Assembly: GCA_008632985.1 (NCBI GenBank)
Contig: QPGO01000118.1
Location: 1-64,000 of the forward strand
Source: Psammoneis japonica
Taxonomy: Eukaryota
Length of the DNA stretch: 64,000 nt
Reading direction: 5' to 3'
The notes under the pieces were generated by a model. The model saw nothing but the letters and a program-made list of their open reading frames with translations, was not told the origin of the DNA and made no database searches. Within the stretch, counting starts at the first letter, position 1. Every line of letters starts with the position of its first letter. The translations under genes and the position numbers were made by a program. Of the stretch, positions 62,638 through 64,000 are shown one piece after another.

Positions 62638-63560
62638 TCAGTATTCTATAATTCTCGGTTCTTGCTCTGGCTCTTGCGCTTTTTTATGCAGTTGCATTTG
62701 AAAAAACAGTATAGTCCCAACCACGACACAGATGGTCGTCCATTCGGCTCCGTCCTTGTTGTACCTCCAATGCCACAAATCCAAGTGTTGGAATAATAGC
62801 TGCTCGCCAAGGGCACAAATCGATCCGGCCAAAATTCCCGCCGCGTGTCCCCACAAGTCTTGTTTCTGGAAAAAGGGATAAAGCACGGCGAGTTGCAACA
62901 CGTGCACCAGAGGAATGGGCATGCTGACCAGCGCGTCCAGTACAGTTGGGGCATTTTCAACAAGCCAGTTTGATACAAATTCGGGCACGATGGATTCGTT
63001 GTAATGATAAGAGGAAAAGGCATTCAAGGCCAGCACGACACCGGTAAAGCCAATGCGGCTCGTGAACGTATCGCCCGGTTGCCACTCTTTGACAATCCAA
63101 ACATTCATTACTCCCACCAAGAAGACTAAAAACACCACAAAGAGAAAATAACCCAGAGCCGGTAGTGTCGATTTGCTCTCGACTGTTGACAGTTTCATCA
63201 AGCAAAGCACCGAAAAGAGCAAATGCACCTTGTTGTAGTGAATCAACTGCCCCGTCCAGATACGTGTCGCTTTTCCCTCCAGGATGGAACCCGGTTGAAA
63301 CGAATACAACATGTTGAAGGATGGATCGATCGTTGGAGTTCCTCGAACAAAGTGTTCTCGTAGTTGTGCATAAATCATGACGAGAATCAAACTCGACGTG
63401 ACGGGTGCCAGTCTCGACATGCTTGATGAATAGACAACATAGGAAAGACCGACACACGTCAAAAACAACAGAGCATCGACTTGTTTGTTCGATATGATGG
63501 CATTCAGTGTTGCTTAAAGGAATTTTGGGTGTTGGGTGCTGCTGCAGTGGCGCTACTCAT
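62638..63560 (-). CDS. Rhomboid-like multi-pass membrane protein
   Basis: RIWTGQLIH...HLLF, IGFTGVV (GxSG position has Thr), WGHAAGILAG. The ATG at 63560 joins the ORF only if one base is missing near 63514. Confidence 0.7.
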
Positions 63561-64000
63561 GGTGAATTGCTGCTGCAACCTGCAACGTGTCAAAAGCGGT
63601 CATTGTGAGCTGTCGCTGAAATCCTGAAAGAAAAACGATCCGTCAGTAGGCGGACAGACGGAGAGTTGAGTCTTGGGAATGAATGAAATCGAGTCGTGCT
63701 TTTCCAAGTTTCAGATTTCGGATTCGGATGTTGTTTTGCCAGCTGTCACACGCTGACACCGGGATATTTGCTTGAAGCAGCAACCGAAAAGGTGAAATGC
63801 AGGAAAAGCAAAAACGAGCTATAGCGCTGCAAGTCTACGAGACTCACACACCCTCATTTGCTGTCGTCCAGTAAACAAGAAATGCAAAAGGAGGAGTCTA
63901 ATCGCACCGTCTGAACCATCCCTCTAAAAATGTTGATTCAACTCGAGAACAATCCCAATCTCGAACGATTGGCATGGGGCGCATGCATGATTTTCTCTGT

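Overview
Eukaryotic, repeat-rich nuclear DNA, most likely a diatom or other stramenopile (inferred from a copia with an RQVDD RT motif, a Ngaro-like YR retroelement, Crinkler-like genes, short GT-AG introns and a CCxCGGG-repeat secreted protein). Mobile elements: a split-direct-repeat tyrosine-recombinase retrotransposon (3361-12195), a full-length copia with 194-bp LTRs (14717-22366) carrying a nested TRIM with a tRNA-like core, several MITEs, and a 12.4-kb TIR element with a 9-bp TSD (48449-60851). That element encodes a DDE transposase with an embedded DEDDy exonuclease and a Ulp1 protease, plus a second pogo-like transposase. Apparently live genes: Crinkler-like nuclease, RsmB/NSUN methyltransferase, lactonase, zf-PARP/AP2-like protein, secreted Cys-rich protein, phytochelatin synthase, rhomboid-like protein. 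The main discovery is a mosaic of sharply bounded multi-kb domains in which TpA has been converted to TpG or CpA (A-to-G on either strand). Conserved Tyr residues, including catalytic ones, become Cys/His in transposons and in some host-type genes, and TAA/TAG stops disappear, while neighbouring live genes are untouched. This looks like a RIP-like genome-defence hypermutation running opposite to fungal RIP. All calls come from manual reading and recalled motifs; no searches or counts were computed except small manual tallies.
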